In this document: positions 61,849 to 64,000 of the stretch, one piece after another
How positions within the stretch are numbered: the first letter of the stretch is position 1
Layout of the letters: each line of letters starts with the position of its first letter
NCBI RefSeq assembly: GCF_963676685.1
Contig: NC_092346.1
Location: 82,708,001-82,772,000 of the forward strand
Length of the DNA: 64,000 nt
From: Mytilus edulis
Taxonomy: Eukaryota
Direction: 5' to 3'
Translations under genes and position numbers: made by a program
The notes under the pieces: model-generated
Database searches by the model: none
What the model was told of the DNA's origin: nothing
Seen by the model: the letters and a program-made list of their open reading frames with translations, nothing else

Positions 61849-63500
61849 TACGGCGGCTTTGTGAAAAATTGTGCACATCTTGCTACAAGCATGAAATCTG
61901 GCATAGATCGTACTCAACTATTTCTCTTTCATTTCAGATAGGGAGGCATTTGAAAAAAATGCCTCACTTCCGGTAAAATTCAAAATGGCGGATATCATAC
62001 TTAAATTAGCCCTATATCGAAGGCTAGTATGTGAAAAGGTGTTATTAACATGCTACTATCATAATATTTGGTATTAACCTTTGTTTTGTACTACTTTTGG
62101 ATATGTGATATAGATAAGATGTCTTCAAAAACCCTACTTCCGGTAAAATCAAACATGGCGGATATAGTACTACAATAAGCTTATTTTTAGGGAGGATAAT
62201 TGAAATGTGTTTTAAAGTATTGCTACTATCATTATATTGTGCAGGAACCTTTCTTTGGTGCTTCTCATGGATACAATGTATAAGACATATGTCTTTCAAA
62301 CCCTTACTTCCGGTAATATCCAATATGGCGGACATAGAAATATTGATATTTTTCATTTTTATATTCAACTTTTTTCAAACTGTAAATTAAATGAATTTTT
62401 GGGGTTGTCATTAAACTTTTTGCTTTAAGTCATCCTCAAAACCACTAATTCTATTCAATTGCATATGATTAAATACAAAATTAACACTTCCGGTAAAAAA
62501 TCAATATGGCGAAAATTACTAAGATGAGTCCTCAATCCACATAGTCGATGTAGAGTTTTGGATAGATTGATTAAAACAAAATAAAATCACTAAAGTTGTT
62601 AAACATCTTTAGAATGACTTATTTATGGCCGCATATACATGTTTACTCACAATCGGAGAGCTTGTTTTCCAAATTTACAGAAATCGTGGTATTTTTTTCT
62701 ACATCTATAATGTACAAGCTCCTGATAAGTTTAAGAGGCCTCACAAAAGAGTTGTTGAAAAGGGTGCCATGGATAATATTTTCCCCTTCGCCATTCATAA
62801 GGGATGGACTAGTTAGAAAAGGAACCAATACCAAGCTTGGTACTCATTCACATCCGCCATGGTATACTACACGTTTTACTTGCTGAAAAAGACAAGACCG
62901 AGTCGTGGGAATAGCCTCAATAAGTATTTCCTCTTCCAAAAACACATTTTTTCTTGCTTCGCTAACCGATTTGATAAGTTTCTTCGATCGTACAACAAAA
63001 CCATGTATCGTTCTATCAATGACATTGTCAAATCCATATCCGGTGATGTTGGTTGATCAATCATCATTCTTTAAACACCATCCATGTCACCAACGCAGTT
63101 CCTTTTCCAGCAAACGTGTAATATCTCAATGCCTAGTGTATTTGAAAGGTCATGGATAGATATATATCTGAAGCTTTTCCCACTTCCAAATGCAAACCAA
63201 AGTGTGTCTGCCCCTAGGTCACTGAAAAGCGAAACCGCAATGACAGCAACATCAGTATCGAATGTTCGAGTCATGACTCAGTCAAGTCTGTGTTTCACTG
63301 CATCAGACACATGCATCTTGATTCATGTGTCAGCCTCTTTACGTGAACATGATGCTAAGCTTGAAACATCACCATGTGATGGATAGCACAGAACATCCTG
63401 AGTAATTGTTGCTACAACTACCACCCTCAAAATCTATTGAGCAAGCTGTTGCGAATGAAAACTTAAAAGATCTTTCTTATTGTCGTAATCTTGTTTTGAC
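61849..63500 (-). mobile_element. Decayed AcademX-type DNA transposon (XPG-like nuclease and Cys-rich C-terminus) with subterminal repeats
   Basis: CSRKEADT*IKMHVSDAVKH..*VMTRTFDTDVAVIAV…LWFAFGSGKSFRYISIHDL; IERYMVLLYDR; IEAIPTT..CLFQQVKRVVYHGG; degenerate Cys cluster at ~62630-62740; ACTTCCGGT…AT(A)TGGCG repeats at 61966, 62136, 62306, 62486. Confidence 0.7.
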
Positions 63501-63719
63501 TCTTGATTCGTCAGTGTATTCCCTTTCCCCTAAATGTAGCTCTTGCTTTTTATAACAAATGCCGAGGATATTCTATCTTATCTACCTTGAGATGTATTTC
63601 AAGTTTATCACCATGTTCACATTAAGAGGCTGACAATATAATCATGGTGCATGTGTTTGATGCAATGAACCACGAACTTGCACGAGTCATGATACGAATA
63701 TTGTTTCGCTATTCCGTGA

Positions 63720-63960
63720 CAGGGGTAGACGAACTATGGATTGTGTTTTGGAGGGCAAAAAGCTTTGGATAAATATATTTACAAATGCACCTGGCAATGA
63801 GTTATTACACACACTTATTGTGCTCCATGTATTTACCAGTTGTGATATGGTTCTCTGATTGCTTGAAAAGGAAAATAAGACTGCGTGGGAGACATTGATG
63901 GCATTTGAAGATGTGACTTTGACATAAAGAATGAATATTGATCAGCCTAAATCACCGTGG
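63720..63960 (+). mobile_element. Second AcademX-type fragment, opposite orientation
   Basis: VDELWIVF…LIVLHVFTSCDMV..L.EKENKTAWETLMAFEDVT…NIDQPKSP (cf. H.FTGCD..S.F.GKGKKTAW). Confidence 0.65.
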
Positions 63961-64000
63961 TTTAACTGTAAGATCACACAAACTTATCAGATGGGGTAAA

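Overview
Very AT-rich, intron-containing animal genomic DNA, not prokaryotic. The repeat families resemble those of a bivalve mollusc, most likely a Mytilus-type mussel (inference from recalled repeat consensus sequences). I reconstructed three protein-coding genes by hand from GT-AG boundaries and reading-phase continuity. (1) A 12-exon minus-strand gene (35135->5488, ~658 aa) encodes a type II membrane protein of the M28B glutamate carboxypeptidase II/NAALADase/transferrin-receptor family. It has lost most zinc ligands and the catalytic Glu, so it looks like a receptor-like pseudopeptidase. (2) The 3' part of a minus-strand gene has at least three LDL-receptor class A modules and a furin-site tail (61553->49642). 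(3) An intron-containing, divergent 60S acidic stalk protein P2 paralog (+, 57694-60221) is nested antisense inside an intron of gene 2. The rest is a dense patchwork of repeats. These include four recognisable minimal type I hammerhead ribozyme motifs in a retrozyme-like repeat, Penelope-like RT remnants, RTE and other LINE fragments, and a 4.1-kb Kolobok-type element with a P2X7-ballast/KolX-like remnant. There are also two AcademX fragments, HINE/pearl-like elements, many MITEs with readable TIRs and TSDs, and several minisatellites; one visibly arose from an interspersed repeat and a second probably did. No rRNA, tRNA or CRISPR array was found. Most ORFs in the supplied track are spurious.
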